Shown here piece by piece: positions 19,172 through 29,338 of a stretch of DNA of 64,000 nucleotides (the stretch's first letter is position 1; the number at the start of each line of letters is the position of its first letter). Source of the stretch: an uncultured Candidatus Saccharibacteria bacterium (GTDB lineage: Bacteria; Patescibacteriota; Minisyncoccia; Phycocordibacterales; UBA9973); NCBI GenBank assembly GCA_964402895.1, contig CAYODR010000001.1, positions 123,002 to 187,001 of the forward strand, written 5' to 3'. Below the pieces are notes generated by a model. The model had not been told where the DNA came from and searched no databases. It saw only the letters and a program-made list of their open reading frames with translations. Made by a program: the position numbers and the translations under genes.

Positions 19172-20152
19172 TTATAAAGGCTTTACAAAATTAGTATTTA
19201 TTTTTCTTTCAAAACACTGCCTACCCGCTTCATGTTCCCAATTCATATCACTGTTATTCATATAAACTGCTGTGTCTCTTTCCATAAGACCCATATATGG
19301 TGTTGAAGAACTTCCATTTACCCAACCCCTTGGCATAGGTTTTGAAAATTCGGCACAGAGTTCATATGTAAGATTTTCCTCTGAAAGAATATTGTACTCA
19401 TATACTTTTCCAAGTCCGAATTCTGGGTCTTTAATATTTCTCATGCCACTATAAAGAACATTTAAATCAGAAAAATTATCTGGGAGTTTCTTAGTTTGTT
19501 GCCAATAAGAAACGATATCATAGTTTAAAGAATTCAAATCATCTCTTCTTTTTTGATCAAGTTTAAGAAGTCTTTGGTCTTTTGGTAAACCAATAACACT
19601 AAAACCAAAAAATACAATAGCTAAAAATAAAATAGCTGAAACAATAGCAAATATATTTTTACCATTTTTAGCATTATTTAACTCACGAATATAATAATAT
19701 CCAGCAACACCAACAACCAATATAGAAGATAGTGTTTTTAAAATAAATCTAGTAGTAAGCTCTCCGCCTACAAAATACCTTACAAGCATTGAAAGATTTA
19801 TGACCAGTGTAAGTGTTGCTAAAAATATAACTAAATACAAAGCCCATCTTCTAGTGATAGAATCCCAAATACTTTGCTCACCTTTTGAAATCTTTGACCA
19901 TTTTCGCTCCAAAATAAGATATATCGGGAAAAAGATTATAAGCGTAGCAAGTGCCCCTCTGATACTAGAGTATTGATAATCATAGTATCCATACTGATAA
20001 GAATCAGATAATACATCAACAAATGTTTTATCAATCAGCCCACCAGACAAATTCATAAAAGATATCACTGAAGTGATAAGTGCTATAAGCGTCCCTAATG
20101 TTATAAAAAAGAACTTTGGTGTAATTTTAATTTTCTCCATATTTTTGATCAT
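19172..20152 (-). CDS. Hypothetical membrane protein with an extracytoplasmic C-terminal domain
   Basis: ORF with about 6 transmembrane segments, then a soluble domain. Confidence 0.4.
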   Translation of the reverse strand: MIKNMEKIKITPKFFFITLGTLIALITSVISFMNLSGGLIDKTFVDVLSDSYQYGYYDYQYSSIRGALATLIIFFPIYLILERKWSKISKGEQSIWDSITRRWALYLVIFLATLTLVINLSMLVRYFVGGELTTRFILKTLSSILVVGVAGYYYIRELNNAKNGKNIFAIVSAILFLAIVFFGFSVIGLPKDQRLLKLDQKRRDDLNSLNYDIVSYWQQTKKLPDNFSDLNVLYSGMRNIKDPEFGLGKVYEYNILSEENLTYELCAEFSKPMPRGWVNGSSSTPYMGLMERDTAVYMNNSDMNWEHEAGRQCFERKINTNFVKPL

Positions 20153-21110
20153 TATCTTCTAATATACTTTGTGTGAACTCTGAAAGCGATGCACCCACAG
20201 AATCAAGTCCTACAATAAATGGTGCATTTTTTGTAAGATATGGCTGTGTATCTGTCTCAATAAACCAGACCCTACCTCGCCTATCTACGATAAATTCACT
20301 TTGTGAATAATCTTTAGCTCCAAAAGCTTTGTGTAGCTTTCGCGCTAAATCTTCTAGTGCCTTTTTTTCTTCTGAGCTAAAAGTCCCTCCACATATAGCA
20401 TACTCCTCATTTTCGTCTATTCTACAAACTCTTTCAAGCAAGCCCTTTGCCTTAGAGTGAATTTCTATTACAGGAAGTGCATAATTTTCTTCTTTTCTAA
20501 AATTATCTACCACGCCAACAGCAGCTTCTCTGCCCTGAATATATTGCTCTACTATAAAAGGTAAATTCATTGATACACTTTGATCTACATACTGAGAAAG
20601 TTCAAGTGGTGTAAAAGCAAAATATGAGTCCAGACTTCCACTGCCCAGTAGTGGTTTAATAACCCAAGGTGGTGCCATTTTATTATATATACGAGAAGTT
20701 AATTCTGATACACTGTGCCCCTCTTCTGGCATGATCAGCATATATTCTGGAGTATATAGACCATTTTTTTGAGCTATTTCTTTTGCCTTAGCTTTATTAA
20801 ATATCTTAGCACTGACTTCAGAATTACTCCCTGTATAAGGAATATCATACCTATCTAGTACCCCCTGTATCTGACCGTCTTCTCCAAATTCTCCATGAAG
20901 CGCATTCCAAACAACATCAACTTCACCGCCGACATCATCAATGTCTGTTGGGATACCTCTTAAGTGTAGTATTCCATTTTTATCTAAAAGCATATCTATA
21001 GCTTCAATTCCGGCATCAAAAAGTGCACGCTGAACATTGGCGCCTGTCTTTATAGAAATATCATATTCTGGACTAATACCTCCACGAATAATTCCAACTC
21101 TTTTTTTCAT
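20127..21110 (-). CDS. ddl: D-alanine--D-alanine ligase
   Basis: N-terminus MKKRVGIIRGGISPEYDISIKTG and ATP-grasp fold motifs. Confidence 0.9.
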   Translation of the reverse strand: MKKRVGIIRGGISPEYDISIKTGANVQRALFDAGIEAIDMLLDKNGILHLRGIPTDIDDVGGEVDVVWNALHGEFGEDGQIQGVLDRYDIPYTGSNSEVSAKIFNKAKAKEIAQKNGLYTPEYMLIMPEEGHSVSELTSRIYNKMAPPWVIKPLLGSGSLDSYFAFTPLELSQYVDQSVSMNLPFIVEQYIQGREAAVGVVDNFRKEENYALPVIEIHSKAKGLLERVCRIDENEEYAICGGTFSSEEKKALEDLARKLHKAFGAKDYSQSEFIVDRRGRVWFIETDTQPYLTKNAPFIVGLDSVGASLSEFTQSILEDNDQKYGEN

Positions 21111-21163
21111 GATTAAATTATATCATTAAAAAAACGAAGTTTAAAACTTCGTTTTTTTAATGG

Positions 21164-22165
21164 CTAGATTTTTTCTGCTTTATAATATTCTGGCGCATTT
21201 GCTAAATGCTTTTCCAATTCTTCTTGAGAAAGTAAACCTCTTTGAGCACCGATATCCTGTACTACTGACATAGAATTGATAGGTCCCCAAAGAAGTGCTT
21301 CATCTACTGACTTCCCGAGTAGTAATGCTGCTGTAAAAGTACTTGAAAAAGAATCCCCCGCTCCAGTACGATCTACTGGATCTTTTGGGTCTGGGTACAT
21401 TGGACCATGCCACATATCTTGACCATCATATACATAAGCACCCTCTGGTCCGTCTGTAATAACGGTAATCTTTGGACCAAGTGCCGCAATACCTCTTAAA
21501 AGTTCTTTGATATCTTGCGAATTATTTTTTAAAATTCTTTGTGCTTCTTCTTTATTGCAGAAAAATAAATACGAATGTGTATAAACATCTTTTAGTGTGT
21601 CCTTTCCAAGTGACATTTGAAATGTCCCCGGCTGAAATACTAACTTCACTTCTGGATTTGATTTTACATATTCTACAATCTCTGCGTGATAGTCAATAGA
21701 GTTCTCAGCGAGTGAACTTAAATAAATTGCTTTTGGTGGAATTGCAAGCTTTGGTAGCTCATAAGGGAAAAGTGTGTGCTTAACTAATATAGTACGCTCT
21801 GCCCCTCTTCTAAGTACATAGTGATAATTAGACTTCATGCCTTCATGCGTTTTTATAAACTGTGTATCAATACCTTCATTTTGAAGAGTTTCAAGTTGTT
21901 CTTTTCCAAAGTCATCTCCACCTACATTTGTAATAAGTGCGGATTTAAGACCAAGTCTATGAGCCGCCACAGATGCATTGGCACTATTTCCAACAGCAGC
22001 TACAACATCTACATCTTCATAAGGGAGCTTGTCGCCAAAGCGCATACAAAGTTCGTTTGCTTTTTCTGGGTTATCATTTTCAACCCAAGAATGGTCATCT
22101 CTTAGCTTGATAAATGCATCTGTTACTGTGTCGCCGATAGCGAGAAAATCTATTTGTTCATTCAT
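21164..22165 (-). CDS. PfkB-family carbohydrate/nucleoside kinase (ribokinase-like)
   Basis: ...GGSAANASVAAHRLG and the C-terminal DRTGAGDSFSSTFTAALLLG (GAGD anion-hole motif). Confidence 0.8.
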   Translation of the reverse strand: MNEQIDFLAIGDTVTDAFIKLRDDHSWVENDNPEKANELCMRFGDKLPYEDVDVVAAVGNSANASVAAHRLGLKSALITNVGGDDFGKEQLETLQNEGIDTQFIKTHEGMKSNYHYVLRRGAERTILVKHTLFPYELPKLAIPPKAIYLSSLAENSIDYHAEIVEYVKSNPEVKLVFQPGTFQMSLGKDTLKDVYTHSYLFFCNKEEAQRILKNNSQDIKELLRGIAALGPKITVITDGPEGAYVYDGQDMWHGPMYPDPKDPVDRTGAGDSFSSTFTAALLLGKSVDEALLWGPINSMSVVQDIGAQRGLLSQEELEKHLANAPEYYKAEKI

Positions 22166-22189
22166 ATACGAACCATTATAACATAGATA

Positions 22190-23185
22190 TTATTTTTTCT
22201 TTTCCATTACGCGTAAACTAGCTGAAATAATAGCATCTACTCCCATTCCATAGTGCTCTATGAGCTCTTTTGGAGTACCTGATTGACCAAAATCATCATC
22301 CACACCGATAAACTCCATTGGTGTCGGTAAATTTTCTGAAAGGTACTCTGCAATAGCACCACCTAGCCCACCTTTTTTCTGATGTTCTTCTACACTAACT
22401 ATTGCGCGAGTTTCAAGAGCTACTTTATGAAGAAGTTCAGTATCAAGTGGCTTAATAGTATGAATATTTACAACTATGACTTTTATTCCCTTCTTATCTA
22501 AATCTTTAGCCGCGCGAAGTGCATTGGCTACAAGTCCACCAGTTGCAACTATTGCAACATGCGCAATACCATCAGGACGATAAAAAACTTGTCCCTTCCC
22601 TAATTCAAAAGGAGTTTCTTCAGTAGTTATAACTGGAGTTTTTTCTCGAGCAAGTCTTAAGTATGCTATCTTTGGATCACGACCAAGGGCAATTGTTGCT
22701 TTCTTTGCTTGTATAGAATCACAAGGAGATATGACATGCATTCTAGGGACCACACGCATAAGAGCAATATCCTCAATCGCTTGATGTGTTCCTCCATCTG
22801 GTCCGACAGATACACCGGCATGGCTACCTACCACAACAGCAGGCACATCGTTATAAGCAATAGTTGTACGAATCTGTTCCCAATTCCTACCAGGAGAAAA
22901 CATTGCATAAGAAGAGAAAAATGGATATTTGCCCATTGCCGCTAGACCACTTGCTACGGTTGCAAGATTTTGTTCTGCAACACCAATTTGTATAAAACGC
23001 TCAGGAAAAGCATCGCGAAAAAAATGCATCATAGTACTTTCTGTTAGGTCGGCTGAAAGTGCAACAATTTTTTTATTAGCCTCACCCGCTTCACGCAAAC
23101 CCTCACCAAACCCTTTACGAATTGGAACTTGCTCTACATCGTCATTGAAGATTTTTGTATTTAGTTTTAATTCTGGATTAAGCAT
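22190..23185 (-). CDS. Transketolase, C-terminal (pyrimidine-binding and C-terminal domain) subunit
   Basis: Homology to the transketolase central and C-terminal domains. The N-terminal subunit is encoded separately at 23752..24618. Confidence 0.9.
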   Translation of the reverse strand: MLNPELKLNTKIFNDDVEQVPIRKGFGEGLREAGEANKKIVALSADLTESTMMHFFRDAFPERFIQIGVAEQNLATVASGLAAMGKYPFFSSYAMFSPGRNWEQIRTTIAYNDVPAVVVGSHAGVSVGPDGGTHQAIEDIALMRVVPRMHVISPCDSIQAKKATIALGRDPKIAYLRLAREKTPVITTEETPFELGKGQVFYRPDGIAHVAIVATGGLVANALRAAKDLDKKGIKVIVVNIHTIKPLDTELLHKVALETRAIVSVEEHQKKGGLGGAIAEYLSENLPTPMEFIGVDDDFGQSGTPKELIEHYGMGVDAIISASLRVMEKKK

Positions 23186-23667
23186 TATTTTTTAATTTTA
23201 TTTTCTACTTTTAATACTCTAATTGATAATTTATCAAAATTAGATTTTGAAACTAATTTGTCTTGAAGATTTAAAATATCGGATTTTGTAGCACTAGTCT
23301 TTAGTTCCTTTTTGAATTCTAAAATATCAGATTTATTTGCTTTAGTTGCCAATTCATTTTGAAGTTTTAAAATGTCAGACTTATCAGCCTTATTTGCTAA
23401 TTCCTCCCGAAGTTTAAGGATGTCAGATTTGTCGGCTTTATTTGCTAACTCATCTTGAAGTTTCAAGATGTCAGATTTTGTGGCTTTGGTTTTTAATTCT
23501 GCTTCAATTTTATCAAGTCTATTGCCATGATTTTCAGACTGAGTAGCAGTCATGCGAGCTAAATCTTCAAGATTAGAACTTAAACCTTCAATAGCATAGC
23601 CCAAATTCTCAATGGCATTAAGATAAATATCTTTATTTTTCGATTTTTTATTTATAGTATTTTTCAT
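23185..23667 (-). CDS. Coiled-coil protein with about five tandem 16-aa repeats (KSDILKLQxELANKAD)
   Basis: 48-nt tandem DNA repeats between roughly 23270 and 23510. The gene sits between the two transketolase subunit genes. Confidence 0.5.
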   Translation of the reverse strand: MKNTINKKSKNKDIYLNAIENLGYAIEGLSSNLEDLARMTATQSENHGNRLDKIEAELKTKATKSDILKLQDELANKADKSDILKLREELANKADKSDILKLQNELATKANKSDILEFKKELKTSATKSDILNLQDKLVSKSNFDKLSIRVLKVENKIKK

Positions 23668-23751
23668 AAGCTTGTTATTTTTAACTTAAATATAAAATGC
23701 GCAACAATATATTTATTCTACCACGCAAAACATGATATATCCTATTGATAT

Positions 23752-24618
23752 CTATTCTGCTTTAATTTTCCCACCTAATGTCCTAAGCTCAGAAAGGGCC
23801 ATGTCTGCTTCTTCTTTATTTGGTGGTTTTCCGTGCCATTCAAATTTCCTTTCAAATTCTCTCACTCCTTTTCCTGGTATAGTACGAGCAATGATAACTG
23901 ATGGTTTTTCAAATACAGCCTTAGACTCATTTACTGCATCAATAATCATTTCTATATTATGTCCATCAATCTCATGCACATCCCAGCCAAAAGATCTCCA
24001 TTTATCTGCTAGATTCTCAAGTGGCATCACATCTTCTGTGTATCCATCTATCTGTATATTGTTTCTATCTACAATAGCAATCACATTACGAAGTTTTTCT
24101 TTTCCAGCAAGCATGACAGCTTCCCAATTATTTCCTTCATTTAATTCTCCATCACCGAGCAAGCAATAGAAAAATCTTTGCGATGATACCCCTCTATCCA
24201 TTCTATCAGCTATAGCCATTCCAACTATTTGTGAAAGTCCGCTTCCAAGTGGACCGCTTGAATTCTCAAGTGCTGGTAAAAATTCCCTATGAGGATGACC
24301 CTGTAATCTAGAGCCGAATTTTCTTAAGGTTAAAAGCTCTTCCACAGGAAAATATCCAGCATGTGCCATAGCTGCATAAAGCACAGGACAAATATGCCCA
24401 TTTGAAAGTATCAGCCTATCTCTATCTTCCCAATCAGTATTTTGTGGGTCATGCCTTAAAATATCAAAATAAAGTGCAGCAAAAATATCTGCCATACCAA
24501 GTGGTCCCGCAGTATGTCCACTACCCGCCTCAAGAAGCATTTCGATGATACTTTTTCGAATATCGTTTGCCTTGATTTGTATTTCTCTTTGTGTGTACGT
24601 TTGTTTATTCATGATCAA
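23752..24618 (-). CDS. Transketolase, N-terminal (TPP-binding) subunit
   Basis: ...GHTAGPLGMADIFAALYF and the GDGELNEG TPP-binding motif. Confidence 0.9.
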   Translation of the reverse strand: MIMNKQTYTQREIQIKANDIRKSIIEMLLEAGSGHTAGPLGMADIFAALYFDILRHDPQNTDWEDRDRLILSNGHICPVLYAAMAHAGYFPVEELLTLRKFGSRLQGHPHREFLPALENSSGPLGSGLSQIVGMAIADRMDRGVSSQRFFYCLLGDGELNEGNNWEAVMLAGKEKLRNVIAIVDRNNIQIDGYTEDVMPLENLADKWRSFGWDVHEIDGHNIEMIIDAVNESKAVFEKPSVIIARTIPGKGVREFERKFEWHGKPPNKEEADMALSELRTLGGKIKAE

Positions 24619-25300
24619 TATTTTCTAATATTTCTATTATACCGTACATATCTACACTTCCAAATATAGCTGAACCAGCAACCAAAGTATCAGCTCCGGC
24701 TTGAACCATTAGTCTTGCTGTATCAATTTTTACACCACCATCAACACTTATATATTTATTGGGATATAATTCTCTAGTTTTTTTAATATTCTGAAGAACC
24801 CGCTCATCAAAGGGTTGCCCTTGAAGACCAATGTTTTCTATACCCATACATTGTATTGTGTCTATATAATCAATATATGGAGCAATATCTTTAGGGTCAT
24901 CATTAAGCCCTAATGCAATACCAAAAGAAATAGTTTCTTTTATGATATAAGGAAGATTTTCAAAATATTTAAGCATTTCGTTTTTTTCAAACGAACCTAA
25001 ATGAAAAATTATTTTAGATGGTCCCAGTGCAATGAATTCATCTATTTTTTTCAGTGGATCTTTAACCATTAAATCAAGTTCAAAATTCATATCTTCCCAA
25101 TATGGTAGCCCTTCATCTTCTCTCAAGATAGCATCAAAAGCATCTCTGTCTTTTCCATTAAAAAGCCAAGTGCGAGTAGGAGCAAAAACACCGTCAACAA
25201 AATCTATTTGCACGGTATCTACAATAGAATGAATTTTGTTTAATCCATGAATTATTGCACCATATGATTGTGGAAGAATTGCGGGTATAACTTTTACCAT
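24605..25300 (-). CDS. rpe: Ribulose-phosphate 3-epimerase
   Basis: N-terminus KVIPAILPQSYG...IDFVDGVFAP and a TIM-barrel. Confidence 0.85.
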   Translation of the reverse strand: MVKVIPAILPQSYGAIIHGLNKIHSIVDTVQIDFVDGVFAPTRTWLFNGKDRDAFDAILREDEGLPYWEDMNFELDLMVKDPLKKIDEFIALGPSKIIFHLGSFEKNEMLKYFENLPYIIKETISFGIALGLNDDPKDIAPYIDYIDTIQCMGIENIGLQGQPFDERVLQNIKKTRELYPNKYISVDGGVKIDTARLMVQAGADTLVAGSAIFGSVDMYGIIEILENIDHE

Positions 25301-25302
25301 AA

Positions 25303-25746
25303 TTAAATTGAATCTATTTTATTATTGCGACGCACATGTCTTTCATCATTTGTAAAATCAGTCTGAAGCCACAACTTAACTGCTTCTATACATTCTTCAA
25401 TGGATACAAAGCGTGCGCCAATAGAAAGAATATTAGAATTATTATGTTCTCTACCTAATGTAATAATATTACTTGGCCCGCCGTAGTACACAGTAGTACG
25501 AACACCTTTATGCCTGTTTGCAACAACTGCTTCACCTTGACCTGTCCCTCCAAAAATAATTCCAGCATTATTTATATCTGATTGTACAGCCTTAGCTACT
25601 GGAAATACAAAATCCGGGTAGTCATCTGATTCATCAAGCTCAAAAGCGCCGACATCAACAACCTCAATTCCTTCTGAGGTTAAAAATTCTTTAACAGCTT
25701 CCTTGTGCAAGAAACCAGCATGATCTGTACCCAAGATTATTGCCAT
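25303..25746 (-). CDS. rpiB: Ribose-5-phosphate isomerase B
   Basis: MAIILGTDHAGF...IIFGGTGQGEAVVANRH (RpiB/LacAB family). Confidence 0.9.
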   Translation of the reverse strand: MAIILGTDHAGFLHKEAVKEFLTSEGIEVVDVGAFELDESDDYPDFVFPVAKAVQSDINNAGIIFGGTGQGEAVVANRHKGVRTTVYYGGPSNIITLGREHNNSNILSIGARFVSIEECIEAVKLWLQTDFTNDERHVRRNNKIDSI

Positions 25747-25747
25747 A

Positions 25748-25981
25748 CTATTCTACCCCTTCTTCTATACCGAGTTCTTCTGCCAATTCATTTAGTTTTG
25801 ATTCTATTTCTTCTCTTTTTTGCAAATCTTCTTCTGAAATAAGCTGAACTTGTAAACGTTCATACTCCTCAAACATTTCTTCTCTGGGCGAAAGCTTGAT
25901 ATCTTCTCCTTCTATGTTGTTGTGATTTATAAATTTTTCCATATATTTATTATACCAAAAAAGCAAAAAGTACCCAACCAA
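25748..25981 (-). CDS. Hypothetical small acidic protein
   Basis: 77-aa ORF. Confidence 0.3.
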   Translation of the reverse strand: MVGYFLLFWYNKYMEKFINHNNIEGEDIKLSPREEMFEEYERLQVQLISEEDLQKREEIESKLNELAEELGIEEGVE

Positions 25982-26038
25982 AATAAAATGTCTACATAAA
26001 AAGAACTTTATATCAAAATAATAAAAATACTAAAACTT

Positions 26039-26626
26039 TTAAGGATTCTGATGACAACCTGCTGCTGTAGCGCTATATGACCCATCGTATACTGCGCCAG
26101 ATGAACCTATACAAAACCAATCTCCAGATACTGAAGCAGCACTATCTTTTTGTTTAACATTAACAGAAAATCTATTTTTAACATCGCCACAACTCGTGCC
26201 ACAACCTAAGTACATTTTATTTGCAGCATTATCATCATTCGCATTTGTTGGAAGTTTAGATGTAATACTATTACAGATTTCTATTGCCCTATCTCTGTTT
26301 AGTGCAGTTATGAGTATTCTACTAGAACAAGTATACGCTCCACTACCACTTTGAGAATCTCCCATAAACCATGAACGAGTAACAAAAGTACTAAAATCCC
26401 CCGTCTCCGCATAATGCTCCATTGCTAAATTAAAGAGTTGTCTAGCTTCAGACTTAATGGCTGCAGTTTTAGCTTTTTCTCTTGCTCCATTTAGACTAGC
26501 TATTACTACTGTTGCTAGTATTCCGATGATTGCGATGACGACTAGGAGTTCAATGAGAGTGAAGGCTCTACTTTTTAGTGTATACCCCCCCTTAAAATTC
26601 TTTAGTTGGTTTGATAGGTTTTTCAT
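26039..26626 (-). CDS. Type IV pilin-like protein (Cys-rich C-terminus); paralog of 28711..29307
   Basis: Leader [21 protein letters not shown]|[19 protein letters not shown], with a shared internal [24 protein letters not shown]. Confidence 0.75.
   Translation of the reverse strand: MKNLSNQLKNFKGGYTLKSRAFTLIELLVVIAIIGILATVVIASLNGAREKAKTAAIKSEARQLFNLAMEHYAETGDFSTFVTRSWFMGDSQSGSGAYTCSSRILITALNRDRAIEICNSITSKLPTNANDDNAANKMYLGCGTSCGDVKNRFSVNVKQKDSAASVSGDWFCIGSSGAVYDGSYSATAAGCHQNP
26595..26601 (-). repeat. Poly-G tract (7 nt) at the GGY codons of this pilin
   Basis: The plus strand shows ccccccc; the gene is in frame. Confidence 0.6.
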
Positions 26627-26821
26627 AATTATATTGTATCATATGAAATTTCTAAAAGAAATATATATGCAGCTTTGTATTTTATTATAAATTTTAATTA
26701 TTTATTTCCTAATAATATAAAACAATACCTACATTCTTCTGGACCTTATAAGTGTTTCCATGACTCAATAATCCACGATATGAAGTCACTGTTTGGTGTT
26801 TTGGGTACCACTTCAATTTTT

Positions 26822-26900
26822 TATTAAATAGCGTTGCCTGTCTTGATGACATGATCAGCTAAGGTATAATATATCCCATTTCGTTACAACATCACCTCAC
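26822..26900 (-). pseudogene. Degraded duplicate of the gap 3' end (GAPDH C-terminus ...NEMGY..DHVIKTG), non-functional
   Basis: About 75% nucleotide identity to 27641..27715 (...cctgtcttgat[g/a]acatgatca...cccatttc...). The fragment carries a stop codon and a frameshift. Confidence 0.5.
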
Positions 26901-27043
26901 TTACTTACCCCTACAAATAAAAACCAGATAATAAAAAGCTCTGTTGTAGCTTACCCGTGTTCTAATTTGACAAGACTGATTTTATTATAGTAAAAAAAAT
27001 AAAAAAAAGCGTTGCGGTTTTATACACAACGCCTTACCATTTA

Positions 27044-27469
27044 TCAGACAGTTTTGAGATAAAAGGAATTTGGTGTTAAAAGAAAACAACCTCTTGCAAA
27101 CCACGCCCTGTTTGGGTCAGCTTCTCTTTCAGAAAAAATTTCAATATAGAAACCAGTATCATTACTTTCAAATTTTTCCCGGGTATTAAGAAAACCAGAA
27201 CCATCTTCAACTCTTTCACCGCGGACAATAATAATATCTCCGTGCTCATTTTTTATCAATCCAACCATGTGAGGAGGCCATATTTCATCGTGTTTATATG
27301 GCGGCAAAGATTCCATGGATGAAAATATTTTTTCTTCATCTCCTATATTAAAGAAGAGAGACTCGTTTGAAAAAAATTCTTTAATTCTTGTGGACCCAGA
27401 AAAAAGTTTTTCCTCAATTGTAAAAACAAAGCAATCCTTTATTTCTTTTCTTGATTCTAAATTTATCAT
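27044..27469 (-). CDS. Hypothetical protein
   Basis: 141-aa ORF. Confidence 0.4.
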   Translation of the reverse strand: MINLESRKEIKDCFVFTIEEKLFSGSTRIKEFFSNESLFFNIGDEEKIFSSMESLPPYKHDEIWPPHMVGLIKNEHGDIIIVRGERVEDGSGFLNTREKFESNDTGFYIEIFSEREADPNRAWFARGCFLLTPNSFYLKTV

Positions 27470-27635
27470 GATTATCTATTTTTGATTGGTTATCTCAAAC
27501 ACTAAAAAGGGTCTAAGATAACCAATCAAAATGTTTTGAAAGGGCTATTTATTGCTAATATAATAGCACATTTATATTATAAAGTCAATATGAAAAAGAT
27601 CTCTAATTTAGAGATCTTTTTACTTATAGTTTTTT

Positions 27636-28673
27636 CTACTTAATTGTCTCCCCTGTCTTGATAACATGATCAACAAGTGTATATGTATACCCCATTTCAT
27701 TATCGTACCATGCCATTACTTTTATCAAATTACCTCCAACAACCCTAGTAAGTGGCAAATCTGCAATTGATGCATGTGGGTCTGCTAAAATATCACTTGA
27801 TACAATCGGTTCATTTGTGACTGTAAACAAATTTTTCCAACGAATATCTTTTGAAGCTTGAGTGAGTATTTCATTTACTTCTTCTACTGTAGTTTCCTTC
27901 TTTGAAATAAACGTCACATCTACAATAGAGCCCGCAGGAACTGGTACACGAATAGCAATACCATCAAAGAGTCCAGTAAGCTGTGGAAATGCTTTTGTCA
28001 CCGCAATAGCCGCACCAGTAGAAGAAGGAATGATGTTTTCTGCTGCAGCTCTACCTTCTCTTAAATCTTTCCTACTAGGACCATCCACAAGTGCTTGTGA
28101 TGCAGTATATCCATGTACAGTATTTAAAATAGCTTTTTCAATTCCTAGTGTCCCATGCAAAATAGCAATTAAAGGACTTGCGGCATTGGTAGTACAAGAA
28201 GCATTTGATGTAATATCACATGTACCGAATTTATTTTCATTTACACCAAGAAGTATTGTTTCTCCTTTAATCTCTTGAGTACCAATACCGTCACCATCTT
28301 TTGCTGGAGCTGATATCACAACTTTCTTTGCTCCATTTTCAATATGAAAATTCGCTTTATCGTATGAAGTGAAAAGTCCAGTAGATTCTACAACTACATC
28401 AATTTCTAAATCTTTCCAAGGAAGCTTTGCGGTATCTCTTTCAGAAATAAATCTAACTTTCTTTCCATCTACTAAAATATTTTCTTGATCATGAGAGACT
28501 TCCTTGTCCCACTTACGATAAACTGTATCGTACTGAAGTAGATAAGAAAGTGATTCAATAGAACCAAGATCATTTACTGCTACTATTTCTATTTCTGGAC
28601 GATTCCATGCTACTTTTAAAAATGCTCTACCGATACGGCCGAAACCATTTATTGCTACTCTAATTTTTTTCAT
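27636..28673 (-). CDS. gap: Glyceraldehyde-3-phosphate dehydrogenase
   Basis: N-terminal RVAINGFGRIGR Rossmann motif and the active-site sequence ASCTTNA. Confidence 0.95.
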   Translation of the reverse strand: MKKIRVAINGFGRIGRAFLKVAWNRPEIEIVAVNDLGSIESLSYLLQYDTVYRKWDKEVSHDQENILVDGKKVRFISERDTAKLPWKDLEIDVVVESTGLFTSYDKANFHIENGAKKVVISAPAKDGDGIGTQEIKGETILLGVNENKFGTCDITSNASCTTNAASPLIAILHGTLGIEKAILNTVHGYTASQALVDGPSRKDLREGRAAAENIIPSSTGAAIAVTKAFPQLTGLFDGIAIRVPVPAGSIVDVTFISKKETTVEEVNEILTQASKDIRWKNLFTVTNEPIVSSDILADPHASIADLPLTRVVGGNLIKVMAWYDNEMGYTYTLVDHVIKTGETIK

Positions 28674-28710
28674 ATAGAAGTATTATAACACTGTAGAGAT
28701 AAAGTGTGAA

Positions 28711-29307
28711 TTATGGATTTTGAGTACAACCTTGTCTAGAAAGATTATAAACTCCTTCACTAACAACACCTGAAGTTCCAACGCAAAACCAATTTCCTGA
28801 AGTTCCTTCACTATCTTTCAGCTTTATATTTATTCCAAACCTATTTACTTTATCTGTACAACCACCAGTACATCCTAAATTAAGTTTATTTCTTGCTGAA
28901 TTGTCAGACCTATTAGTTGGTAATTTATTTACCATACTATTACATATCTCTATTGCTTTCTGTCTGTTGAAAGTATTTATGTTAAATGCAGATGAACAAG
29001 TACTTTCACTGGTAGAACTTGTTTGACCATCAGCTCTAACCCAACTATTAGGCATGTTAGATAAAAATGTAGTAAAATCCCCTGTCTCTGCATAATGTTC
29101 CATAGCAAGATTAAAGAGTTGTCTGGCTTCAGATTTTATAACTGCAGTTTTAGCTTTGTCTCTTGCGCTGTTTAGTGTTGCTATTACAACCGCAGCAAGA
29201 ATTCCTATGATTGCGATAACAACAAGTAGTTCGATTAGAGTGAAGGCTTTTCTATAAGAGGTATACCCCCCCATTTGTGTTTTAGAGATTGCCTGCAAAT
29301 CTTTCAT
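28711..29307 (-). CDS. Type IV pilin-like protein (Cys-rich C-terminus)
   Basis: Leader [21 protein letters not shown]|[19 protein letters not shown]. Paralog of 26039..26626. Confidence 0.75.
   Translation of the reverse strand: MKDLQAISKTQMGGYTSYRKAFTLIELLVVIAIIGILAAVVIATLNSARDKAKTAVIKSEARQLFNLAMEHYAETGDFTTFLSNMPNSWVRADGQTSSTSESTCSSAFNINTFNRQKAIEICNSMVNKLPTNRSDNSARNKLNLGCTGGCTDKVNRFGINIKLKDSEGTSGNWFCVGTSGVVSEGVYNLSRQGCTQNP
29266..29272 (-). repeat. Poly-G tract (7 nt) at the GGY codons of this pilin
   Basis: The plus strand shows ccccccc; the gene is in frame. Confidence 0.6.
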
Positions 29308-29338
29308 GGTTTTATTTTAACATAAATCAAAATTTATG

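Noticed and set aside
23270-23510. CRISPR-like tandem repeats
   Set aside because: The 48-nt units are contiguous imperfect coding repeats inside an ORF (KSDILKLQxELANKAD), with no unique spacers and no cas genes nearby.
29308-29338. Perfect 13-bp hairpin (ttttaacataaat/atttatgttaaaa) between the RT stop and the pilin start as a candidate DGR TR or recombination site
   Set aside because: It is too short and unrelated to any pilin 3' end. It most simply serves as the RT terminator while housing the pilin -10 element (TAAAAT).
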